Source: Pseudodesulfovibrio piezophilus C1TLV30 (lineage in GTDB: Bacteria > Desulfobacterota > Desulfovibrionia > Desulfovibrionales > Desulfovibrionaceae). Taken from it: a DNA stretch of 32,000 nt. The stretch covers positions 1,560,001 through 1,592,000 of the forward strand of contig NC_020409.1 of assembly GCF_000341895.1 (NCBI RefSeq), given 5' to 3'. Numbering within the stretch: position 1 is the stretch's first letter; each line of letters begins with the position of its first letter. Positions 15,760 through 23,579 of this stretch are shown here, piece after piece. The notes under the pieces were generated by a model. The model searched no databases. It saw only the letters and a list, made by a program, of their open reading frames with translations, and was not told the origin of the DNA. The position numbers and the translations under genes are program-made.

Positions 15760-17051
15760 CTACCCCGTCTCCACTGCTCACTTTCAATCTTCCATGATTC
15801 GCCGTCCGGGACCAGAATCATTGTCTTGCGACCGATATCCGAATACCCGCCACTATCCTCGAACGTCTGAACGAAGACGACCTGAAGCCCTCTGGGGTGC
15901 GAGGAAACCTTCAACCCGTCAATCCCGACCTTAACAGGAGCTGTCTTTGCCCACAATGTCTTTTTGTAATTGATTATACGGGTTGCGCCACGCCGTGCCC
16001 CCTGGACAGCCCTCTCGGCATAAAGCTTGCCATACGCATCTACATCCATATTCAACCATGCAGTTTTCCAAGCTTCGACCAAGGCGACGGCTTCAGGAGT
16101 TTTGACAGCCATGTATTTGTCTGAGAGATCTTCGCGAGCCGGGACATATTCACGTCCAACAATCCGCCATTGCCCTTGTGCGTCTTTCTTCCAATAAAAC
16201 CGTTTGCCCGTTGTGGAAGCCATGCCAGGAGTACGGTAATATTGGTCAAACCAAGTCACCCAATAATCAGGGCCGGGAATGGCGCGAATATTGCCAAGCA
16301 TGACATGAATCCATGGTTTTGCCGCAAACACATGACGCTTATGGGCAACAAACCCCTTGAAGTCGATATTCTCCGAAAGCACCATGAGGGCGGGGTCGTA
16401 ATGATCAAAAAAAGCTTCACTTTGATTCTGCCAGTCATTGGCCCACGCCTGCAACTGACCAACCACGGCTTCAGCTTCCCCTTCATCCTGACCGGAATCA
16501 GGTGTCCATTCGACATCGCTAGCAATGACAACAGGAGTCCCATAGGCAATCTCCTGGGCCACATTTTTCATGTCCGGAACCTTGAGCGCCACACATCCTC
16601 TGGTATCCCGAGGCAGAAAAGTCTTTCCACGCCCATGAATCCAGATTCCGCTCCCGGTCTTTCCGTTAATACGGTCTATCGGGTTGGGATAGTTCAAGGA
16701 ATATGCAAGATTGCCATAGAGATCCCAGTTCAGGGAACGGTTTATTCTATAGCCGACAAAATACACGCCTTCAGGGGTTCGCAGATCACCTTCCACCAAT
16801 TTATCACCCACGGATTGTCCCGTGGTACAGGGAAAGCGACGCACCTCATGCAGGGGCGACTTGCGTTCCAGCATGATCAGCGTCTGAGCGCCTTTGTCCA
16901 CAGCCAGAATCCGTTCGGGACCGTAGTTGTGGGATGACAACAGCGGAGTCCACCCCTCGGCCAAGGCCGGAGCAACACTCATGAAAAAAGACAAAATGAC
17001 AATCAGTAAACGCATGAGATAATCAAGCAGCTCCTTGCGCCTGGAATCCAT
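15756..17051 (-). CDS. Secreted YkuD-fold L,D-transpeptidase/carboxypeptidase-family protein with two NTF2/SnoaL-like C-terminal repeats
   Basis: Signal peptide LLIVILSFFMSVAPALA. YkuD catalytic motif GSGIWIHGRGKTFLPRDTRGCVAL. Two segments begin with ...QLQAWANDWQN... and ...LVEAWKTAWLNMDVDAY..., and each ends in a W.I....-type strand. Confidence 0.85.
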   Translation of the reverse strand: MDSRRKELLDYLMRLLIVILSFFMSVAPALAEGWTPLLSSHNYGPERILAVDKGAQTLIMLERKSPLHEVRRFPCTTGQSVGDKLVEGDLRTPEGVYFVGYRINRSLNWDLYGNLAYSLNYPNPIDRINGKTGSGIWIHGRGKTFLPRDTRGCVALKVPDMKNVAQEIAYGTPVVIASDVEWTPDSGQDEGEAEAVVGQLQAWANDWQNQSEAFFDHYDPALMVLSENIDFKGFVAHKRHVFAAKPWIHVMLGNIRAIPGPDYWVTWFDQYYRTPGMASTTGKRFYWKKDAQGQWRIVGREYVPAREDLSDKYMAVKTPEAVALVEAWKTAWLNMDVDAYGKLYAERAVQGARRGATRIINYKKTLWAKTAPVKVGIDGLKVSSHPRGLQVVFVQTFEDSGGYSDIGRKTMILVPDGESWKIESEQWRRGR

Positions 17052-17068
17052 ACCCCGAACAGCGTATG

Positions 17069-17632
17069 CTACGCCCTGCCTCCGGCAGACAACAATTCAG
17101 CACGGGTAAAGATGGAGCTAAGCTCCAATCCGGCCTCTTTGAGTTTCTCCCGTCCACCTTCCTCACGATCCAGCACAGCCAGCACACCCACAATTTCAAG
17201 CCCCGCGTCCCGCACGCGTTGGGCCGCCGTTATGAGCGTGCCACCGGTGGTACACACGTCCTCCAGCAGGACGACCTTATCACCACTCTTGAAATTGGCC
17301 AGCCCCTCAAGATACTGATCCGTACCATGCCCCTTGGACTTCTTCCTTATGATGAAGCCGGGCATGGGGCGTCCTTCAAGGTGCGACACCACGGTCACAC
17401 TGGAGACCAGAGGGTCTGCGCCAAGGGTCATACCCCCAACGCCTTTGGCGTCAAAATCCTTGAGCATTTCAACAAAAAGACGGCCAATGAGATAACTTCC
17501 TTCAGCATGAAGTGCGGTCTGCTTGCAGTCGAAATAATACTCGCTTTTCTTTCCTGAGGTCAATGTGAAGTCACCTTCACGATATGAAAGTTCAAGCAGG
17601 AGCTCGGCAAGCTTCGATTTCAATTCATTCAT
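17069..17632 (-). CDS. pyrE: Orotate phosphoribosyltransferase
   Basis: FTLTSGKKSEYYFDCK and the PRPP-binding VVLLEDVCTTGGT motif. The start at ATG 17632 (MNELKSK...) overlaps the purB stop by 8 nt; the ORF-track start at 17725 lies inside purB. Confidence 0.9.
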   Translation of the reverse strand: MNELKSKLAELLLELSYREGDFTLTSGKKSEYYFDCKQTALHAEGSYLIGRLFVEMLKDFDAKGVGGMTLGADPLVSSVTVVSHLEGRPMPGFIIRKKSKGHGTDQYLEGLANFKSGDKVVLLEDVCTTGGTLITAAQRVRDAGLEIVGVLAVLDREEGGREKLKEAGLELSSIFTRAELLSAGGRA

Positions 17633-18932
17633 GATACTCTCCCTCAAAAACACGACTGAAGACCACATCCTCGTACCGTTTGTAATACGAGGGGTCGAAG
17701 GCTTCGTCAAGGTCGTTAGCCGCAAGATGTTTATTTACTTCCGCATCCTTGCGAATTTCGTCTTCGAACTGGACACGCCCTTCCCAGCAACGCATGGCTA
17801 CTTTCTGCACCATTTCATAAGCGGCCTGACGCCTGAGGCCGGTTGCAATGAGCTTGTTCAGCACCCGCTGTGAGTAAAAAAGGCCAAATGAACCCATAAG
17901 GTTACGCTGAATATTGTCTTCCTTGACCACAAGTCGTTCCAGCACACCACACAGACGATGCAGCATGTAATCAATCAATGCCGTGGTATCAGGCATGATC
18001 ATACGCTCCACCGAGGAATGGGAAATGTCGCGCTCATGCCACAAGGCCTGGTTCTCCATGGCCGCCACGGAATTGGAACGAACAAGCCGGGCCAGACCGC
18101 ACAGGTTTTCCGCTGAAATGGGGTTCTTTTTATGAGGCATGGCCGAAGAGCCTTTCTGTCCTTTGGAAAACCCTTCCTCGACTTCCAACACTTCCGTGCG
18201 TTGCAAATGCCGGAGTTCAAGACCGAGACGCTCTATTCCCCCGGCAAGCATAGCCAGGGAAGTGAAGAATTGCGCATACCTATCTCGCTGGATGATCTGG
18301 GTCGAATGCGGGTCGGCCTTCAAACCGAGGATGGCACATGCTCGCTCTTCCAGCTCTGGGCTGAGATGGGCAAAGGTGCCAACGGCACCTGACAGTTTTC
18401 CCACGCGAATATTCTCACGGGCGGCTTCAAAACGTTCCTGATGCCGTTTGAACTCAGCATAAAATCCTGTGAATTTGAGACCATATGTCGTGGGTTCCGC
18501 ATGAATGCCGTGAGTCCGTCCCATGCAGAGCAGCCCCTTGTGCTCATGGGCCATGGACTTGAGAACATCAAGGATACGGCTGATCCCTTCCGCGATGATA
18601 TCCGCAGCGCGGGTCAGCAACACCCCATTGGCGGTGTCCACGATATCAGATGATGTACACCCGAGATGGATGTAACGAGAGCTGGGGCCGACTTTCTCTT
18701 CAACGGAAGTCAAAAAGGCGATAACATCATGCTTGGTGGTTTCTTCGATCTCAAGGATACGATCCAGATCGAAATCCGCCTTTGCATGAATTTCTTCGCA
18801 GGCATCCATGGGAACCTCGCCCATGTCAGCCCAACCTTTTGTCACGGCCAGTTCTACTTCCAGCCAGACCCTGAATTTATTCTCCAGAGTCCAAAGTTCT
18901 CTCATTGCCGGTCGGGAATATCTCTCAAGCAT
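17625..18932 (-). CDS. purB: Adenylosuccinate lyase
   Basis: 435 aa. MLERYSRPAMRELWTLENKF... N-terminus, the fumarate-lyase signature GSSAMPHKKNP, and a GAGG SD. Confidence 0.95.
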   Translation of the reverse strand: MLERYSRPAMRELWTLENKFRVWLEVELAVTKGWADMGEVPMDACEEIHAKADFDLDRILEIEETTKHDVIAFLTSVEEKVGPSSRYIHLGCTSSDIVDTANGVLLTRAADIIAEGISRILDVLKSMAHEHKGLLCMGRTHGIHAEPTTYGLKFTGFYAEFKRHQERFEAARENIRVGKLSGAVGTFAHLSPELEERACAILGLKADPHSTQIIQRDRYAQFFTSLAMLAGGIERLGLELRHLQRTEVLEVEEGFSKGQKGSSAMPHKKNPISAENLCGLARLVRSNSVAAMENQALWHERDISHSSVERMIMPDTTALIDYMLHRLCGVLERLVVKEDNIQRNLMGSFGLFYSQRVLNKLIATGLRRQAAYEMVQKVAMRCWEGRVQFEDEIRKDAEVNKHLAANDLDEAFDPSYYKRYEDVVFSRVFEGEYHE

Positions 18933-18977
18933 AACCGCCTCTCTCTATGATTATGGTAGATGAATGATATGGAGCAT

Positions 18978-19005
18978 AAAAAAAGGCAGCCGTGGCTGCC
19001 TTTTT
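18978..19005 (-). terminator. Bidirectional-looking intrinsic terminator after the FmdB-like gene
   Basis: AAAAAAA-GGCAGCC-gt-GGCTGCC-TTTTT. The GC stem is flanked by an A-run and a T-run, between the stop at 19015 and the purB start. Confidence 0.6.
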
Positions 19006-19014
19006 CCGCGTCAG

Positions 19015-19341
19015 CTACGATGCGGAACCTGCGGAAGAAGTATCCGAGGAAGTTGCTTTGGCTGGAGCTGAATCAGCCCCGCCAGTGTCAGATTTTGCCG
19101 TGGAAGCCGTATCACCGGTTTTCACTGGTTCTGCGGCTTCTCCTGGTGTGGACCCGGATTTCTTTCCACCATACCCGTCAGCGTACCATCCGCCGCCTTT
19201 CAGGTGAAAAGAGGAATGGGAAATAAGCCGATTTGATGGACCGCCACATTCAGGGCACTCCATTTCTCGGTCTTCAAACCCGGACTGCCACTCCTCGAAA
19301 ATGGACTGGCAGTTCGCGCATTGATATTCATAGATGGGCAT
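19015..19341 (-). CDS. FmdB-family zinc-ribbon protein with a low-complexity Ser/Thr/Ala/Gly tail
   Basis: MPIYEYQCANCQSIFEEWQS...MECPECGG is the CxxC...CxxC FmdB/CxxC_CxxC_SSSS pattern. GGGGGTGG SD. Confidence 0.8.
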   Translation of the reverse strand: MPIYEYQCANCQSIFEEWQSGFEDREMECPECGGPSNRLISHSSFHLKGGGWYADGYGGKKSGSTPGEAAEPVKTGDTASTAKSDTGGADSAPAKATSSDTSSAGSAS

Positions 19342-19384
19342 AGGCCACCCCCGAATTCAACGAAAAGATTGTTATAAAAGAGCC

Positions 19385-19495
19385 TTAAGCCTTGGCGGCT
19401 TTGGCTTCCTTGATCGCGGCTTTAATGGCCTTCTTACGGCGCTGACGCTTACGATCCAATTCCTTCTTACGCTCATGCTTCTTGTGACGTGCCAT
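19385..19495 (-). CDS. Untracked 36-aa ultra-basic small protein
   Basis: ATG 19495 is preceded by AAGGAG (7-nt spacer). Product MARHKKHERKKELDRKRQRRKKAIKAAIKEAKAAKA, then TAA at 19385..19387. It lies 43 nt upstream of the FmdB-like gene on the same strand, and is absent from the ORF track because it is under 60 aa. Confidence 0.5.
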   Translation of the reverse strand: MARHKKHERKKELDRKRQRRKKAIKAAIKEAKAAKA

Positions 19496-19604
19496 GCTGG
19501 TCTCCTTAATATTATAGCCCAAGTCGGACTTTTCTTTCTTGCAAGCCGCACTTCTTAAACCAACTCACAACCCTTTGTCCAGCCCCAATAGGACCGTTTT
19601 TTCC

Positions 19605-19633
19605 TTGACTCAAAGCTGTAGGATGACCATATT
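19605..19633 (+). promoter_or_regulatory. Candidate sigma70-type promoter for the 167-aa orphan gene
   Basis: TTGACT (19605..19610), a 17-nt spacer, then CATATT (19628..19633). GGGAGGA SD before ATG 19672. Confidence 0.4.
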
Positions 19634-19671
19634 CCCACTCCAAAGCCAATTATCGCCGGGAGGATACCATA

Positions 19672-20175
19672 ATGATTAGAAGTGTCAGCATCAAAAGCGC
19701 TATCAAGGACACCCTGGAAATATTTCAGTTCGACCAATGGTTGAGATTTTATTTCGTGGTCCAAAAAGGGGAAGAACTCTGGATAGAGATTCCCGATGCC
19801 ACACTGGCCTGGATCAAGGAACACCGCCCGGAGATGCACCGACTGGCAGACATGGTGAATAACGCGGTAATCGACTACCAGCGTTCACAGGATAATGTCT
19901 GCTCCTATGTGGCTGCCCGGCTGGATGGACAAAAATATGAGAAAACCGTGCTTCCACAGGTTTTCGACAATTCCACTTTCAAGGTTGAATTATATATATT
20001 CAATGTCTGGCTCAAGATGCATGAACAGCATCTCGACGAAGAACAACTGACCTTTGACGAATGGGTCGATATGTACGCGAACTGGAATGATCTGGACGAG
20101 GTCAAGGAATATCGTGCCAAACTCGTTGAGAACGGAACGGACCCCGGCATGCCCGAGTGCAGCACCGCCCAATAG
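19672..20175 (+). CDS. Hypothetical protein (167 aa, acidic, Trp-rich; no motif recognised)
   Basis: Strong SD, own promoter candidate and a long downstream hairpin. Coding-like composition. Confidence 0.6.
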   Translation: MIRSVSIKSAIKDTLEIFQFDQWLRFYFVVQKGEELWIEIPDATLAWIKEHRPEMHRLADMVNNAVIDYQRSQDNVCSYVAARLDGQKYEKTVLPQVFDNSTFKVELYIFNVWLKMHEQHLDEEQLTFDEWVDMYANWNDLDEVKEYRAKLVENGTDPGMPECSTAQ

Positions 20176-20185
20176 CCGACCAGCC

Positions 20186-20235
20186 TCAGCAGAAAGCCCC
20201 CCGAAAGAAAATTATTTCGGGGGGCTTTCTGCTGA
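20186..20235 (+). terminator. 21-bp perfect inverted repeat (terminator-like, no U-tract)
   Basis: TCAGCAGAAAGCCCCCCGAAA (20186..20206), loop GAAAATTA, then TTTCGGGGGGCTTTCTGCTGA (20215..20235). Confidence 0.5.
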
Positions 20236-20397
20236 GTATCACTGAAAAAGCCTCTCGCTCTCACTCCCTTCAACTCTAGGAAATGACCGCCACACCAAGG
20301 CAAAGCCTGAATGACTCCCGGATTTTATAGTTGACACATCTTCACTAAAATCTGATTTTATCAAGAGCTTGTTGATAACTTATTCGGAGGTATTTCC

Positions 20398-20670
20398 ATG
20401 AAAAGCTACACTTGCCTTGTTGAAGGCTCTGTCACAGGCGGTAATTTTCAATCCTGGGCTCTTGATGTTGCCCGGCAACTCGGGCTCAAAGGTTGGGTTC
20501 GCAATATAGGAGACCATCAGGCTGAAGTCCTGATTCAAAGTGAACAAGAAGCATTCGAACAGTTCCAGAAAAAACTGAAGGAAGAAGCACCGATCCCTGA
20601 CCTCAAGAGCGTCTCCTGCAAAAGTATTGATTACGACAGGGTTTACGAAAAATTTGAAATTCGTGGATAA
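20398..20670 (+). CDS. Acylphosphatase-like protein (degenerate phosphate-binding loop)
   Basis: 90 aa. VEGSVTGGNFQSWA aligns to V.G.VQGV.FR, and GLKGWVRNIGDHQAEV aligns to G..GWV.N..DG.VE. GGAGG SD. Confidence 0.7.
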   Translation: MKSYTCLVEGSVTGGNFQSWALDVARQLGLKGWVRNIGDHQAEVLIQSEQEAFEQFQKKLKEEAPIPDLKSVSCKSIDYDRVYEKFEIRG

Positions 20671-20968
20671 AAAAGGTCTCACGATTCCGGCAGCCGTGGA
20701 GCCAAAAAACTCTCCCGGCTGTCGTCTTTATAGACGCCTCCAGTCAGCTTTGAACGATGAGATGGAACAACCAAGCACCATCCATACGCAGCTCTCACCA
20801 CTCTCCAAGTCATAATAAAAAAATACTCCAACCCGAACGACTCTTTCTGATATGTAAGATAGGTATTATTTTGGCACTGGTACGCTTGCAAGATCAGAAC
20901 CCCTTAGTATATGAACAAGATTCCGGCTCTGCCGAATTTTCATGAGAACCCCATTGGAGACGTTGATC

Positions 20969-21931
20969 ATGTCCGAAACCAATATTCTGCTCGAGTCCGG
21001 CACCAATGAACTCGAGATTGTTGAATTCTACCTTGATGAAAAAAGAAGCACCGGCGATTACCGGGGATTCTATGGCATCAACGTCGCCAAGGTACTGGAA
21101 ATTTTACAAATGCCAACTCTAACAGATATGCCCGAGGTCTCTCATCCTTCGGTACTGGGAGCATTCAATCTCAGGGAGGAAATAATTCCTCTGATCGATC
21201 TTGCCGGATGGCTCAATAAAAGCCGAGTCGAAAAAGAAGCTCCCAAGGTCATCGTCACCGAATTCAATAGAACCAAATCGGCATTCCTCGTTTCAGGTGT
21301 CACCCGTATTCACCGTATCAACTGGAACGAGGTGGAAGCACCCACCGGATATGTCTCATCCCTGACGGTCAATTCCATCACCGGGGTGGTCAAATTCACC
21401 AATCGCATCATCTTCATTCTGGACATGGAAAAGATATGTGCCGACCTGAATCCTGACGCAATTCCTGTCCAGGAGCCAGCCGAAGCCATGAAGGAACAGA
21501 TCAAACAGCGCAGGATAAAGGCTCTGGTCGCAGATGACTCAAGCATGGCCCGAAAGATGATCACGGGAATTCTCGAAAAAGCGGAATTTCATGTTCATGC
21601 TGTGGAAAATGGAGAACTTGCCTGGAACTATCTTCAGTCCTGCAAGCGCAAATCGCTGGACAAAGATATCCCCCTACAGAATATGGTGGACATCGTCGTT
21701 TCTGACATCGAAATGCCTTCGATGGACGGCCATACTCTGACACGCTACATCAAGGAAGACCCGTACTTAAAAGCACTGCCCGTCGTCTTGTGCTCTTCAA
21801 TTATCACAGAAACATTGCACCACAAGGGTATTTCCGTTGGTGCTGATGATCAGGTCTCCAAAGCCGAACTCAATGAACTGGTTTCTCGTGTCTACAGCCT
21901 GATGCGGACACCACAGCCACAAGAAGCGTAA
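20969..21931 (+). CDS. cheV: Chemotaxis protein CheV (CheW-like domain + receiver domain)
   Basis: N-terminal CheW-like region ELEIVEFYL...YGINVAKVLEI...; C-terminal REC ALVADDSSMARKMI...VVSDIEMPSMDGHTL. The start is taken at ATG 20969 (GGAG SD) rather than 20942. Confidence 0.9.
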   Translation: MSETNILLESGTNELEIVEFYLDEKRSTGDYRGFYGINVAKVLEILQMPTLTDMPEVSHPSVLGAFNLREEIIPLIDLAGWLNKSRVEKEAPKVIVTEFNRTKSAFLVSGVTRIHRINWNEVEAPTGYVSSLTVNSITGVVKFTNRIIFILDMEKICADLNPDAIPVQEPAEAMKEQIKQRRIKALVADDSSMARKMITGILEKAEFHVHAVENGELAWNYLQSCKRKSLDKDIPLQNMVDIVVSDIEMPSMDGHTLTRYIKEDPYLKALPVVLCSSIITETLHHKGISVGADDQVSKAELNELVSRVYSLMRTPQPQEA

Positions 21932-21954
21932 CGCCGTTTACCGAGCCTCAAACA

Positions 21955-23541
21955 ATGCAGACCAAATTAGTGGGGAAATACTTTTCCTACCTTGCCAAAA
22001 ATTTCCCCGTGATGTGTACATCCGGGGTCTTCCAGCTCATGCCCCCTGTCTCGGATGCGGCAAAATATCTGGATAGCTACGATGACCTCTCAAGCAAGGG
22101 GATCGCAAAGCATGTCGATAAACTGAGGCGCTTTCAAAAAGAATTCACTGAAGCTACAGCAAGAGCGGGCACCGTTCAGGAACGATCTGTGGGCGAAGCC
22201 CTCTGTCTCAGCGTCTCGTGTGTCCTCGCAGAATTAGATATCATTCGAACATGGGAGAAATCCCCGGCCTTGTATCTCCAGGTTGCTTTCATAGGCCTTG
22301 AACAAGCCACAATCCTGCCAAGCAAAACAGAGCGTCTTCGCGAGAAGCGACTGACCAAACGCCTCAAGGCTGTCCCATCTTTCCTTGCACTGGCTCAAGC
22401 GAATATCGAATCAGTTTCCACGAGTGAGCGTGCACTTGCCCAGACCATGGTCCGGGACTGCGCCCGCTCTCTCTCTGCCCTTGGAGAAAGTGATCTCGGC
22501 AAGGTAGGGAAAAGACCTCGTATGCTTGCCGATTGCATGGTCGCACTCCGCGATTTTGATCGTTTTCTGGCAACCCAACAGGAAATCCCGGATCAGGAAG
22601 GCCCCTCCTTCGCCATCATGGCAGCAGAGGTTCTGGGGACAGGCAAAACTCCCCACCAAATTTATGAACTCGCCAAAGAGGAATTCTCCAAACGGCTTGA
22701 AATTCTACAAAAGATACAATCCGACACTGGCGTGGATTGGCAAACTGCGCTCGCCGAGTATGACGGTCCTGCTGAGAATGGCATGGAAGCGCAGGACATT
22801 GTTGTCCGCGAAATTCATCGACTCAGGGCTTTTGTCTTTGAGACAGCCCTGCCTTCGGTTTTTACCGACAGTTCATTGCGGATCGAGCCGCAACCGTTGC
22901 ATCAAGCATCCACCCTTCGGCCCATTCACTATGCCCCGGCATTGGGTGCCTGGGCAGAGGAACCTTCCCGGTGCTATGTCAGTCCATTGATATTCACAGG
23001 ACGAGGATTCAGAGACAACCCCACTCGACTCAAACGAATCAAGAGGGAGTTCGTGTTTATGGTCGCTCGCCAATCCTATCCGGGACGCCATCTCCTGGAC
23101 AGTCAGCGACGGACCATGGGAGACTCTCCCCTGGCACAGATAACCAACCCGCTTTTCACACATGGCTGGCTCGCCTTTGCGGAAAACATGCTTGAGGAGT
23201 TAGGCTACCTGCAAACACAGCAAGACCGACTCGCCTACCATCGGAGAGCCTTGTCTCGGGCGGCCTCAGCCATGATCGACGCCGGGTTAGCCGTCGGCAA
23301 ACTGGATCAGGAAGCATGCATGGCGATACTGAAAGACACCGGGTATTCCACCAAGGAAGCCCTTGAAAGGCTCAAGAGTATCCGGCTGTCGCCAGCCAGC
23401 CGTGTCATATCCACACTCGGACTGTACGAAATGACGAGCTTGTACAAAGATTCCGGGCTACCATTGGATGAATTTTGCAAGAAACTCTTTGCCAATGGTC
23501 AGATACCTTTTGTCTCTGCCAGAAGAATCATGCTTGGCTAG
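21955..23541 (+). CDS. DUF885-like protein with a degenerate metal-site motif
   Basis: 528 aa. ARQSYPGRHLLDSQ...THGWLAFAENMLEELGY parallels, from memory, the DUF885 pattern HE..PGHH.Q...EGWA.Y.E. It lies 23 nt after cheV. Confidence 0.5.
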   Translation: MQTKLVGKYFSYLAKNFPVMCTSGVFQLMPPVSDAAKYLDSYDDLSSKGIAKHVDKLRRFQKEFTEATARAGTVQERSVGEALCLSVSCVLAELDIIRTWEKSPALYLQVAFIGLEQATILPSKTERLREKRLTKRLKAVPSFLALAQANIESVSTSERALAQTMVRDCARSLSALGESDLGKVGKRPRMLADCMVALRDFDRFLATQQEIPDQEGPSFAIMAAEVLGTGKTPHQIYELAKEEFSKRLEILQKIQSDTGVDWQTALAEYDGPAENGMEAQDIVVREIHRLRAFVFETALPSVFTDSSLRIEPQPLHQASTLRPIHYAPALGAWAEEPSRCYVSPLIFTGRGFRDNPTRLKRIKREFVFMVARQSYPGRHLLDSQRRTMGDSPLAQITNPLFTHGWLAFAENMLEELGYLQTQQDRLAYHRRALSRAASAMIDAGLAVGKLDQEACMAILKDTGYSTKEALERLKSIRLSPASRVISTLGLYEMTSLYKDSGLPLDEFCKKLFANGQIPFVSARRIMLG

Positions 23542-23579
23542 CACCAGCTGAAACACATTTCAGGCAAGGCAGCGCTTGG

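Noticed and set aside
20872-20890. TGGCAC...TTGCA upstream of cheV, resembling a sigma54 -24/-12 promoter. The nearby GCCGAATT (20931..20938) also resembles a sigma28 -10 element.
   Set aside because: The GG-to-GC spacing is 3 nt too long (TGGCAC-N8-TTGCA versus the strict N5). The sigma28-like -10 has no convincing TAAA -35 at 15-16 nt. Neither is supportable without TSS data.
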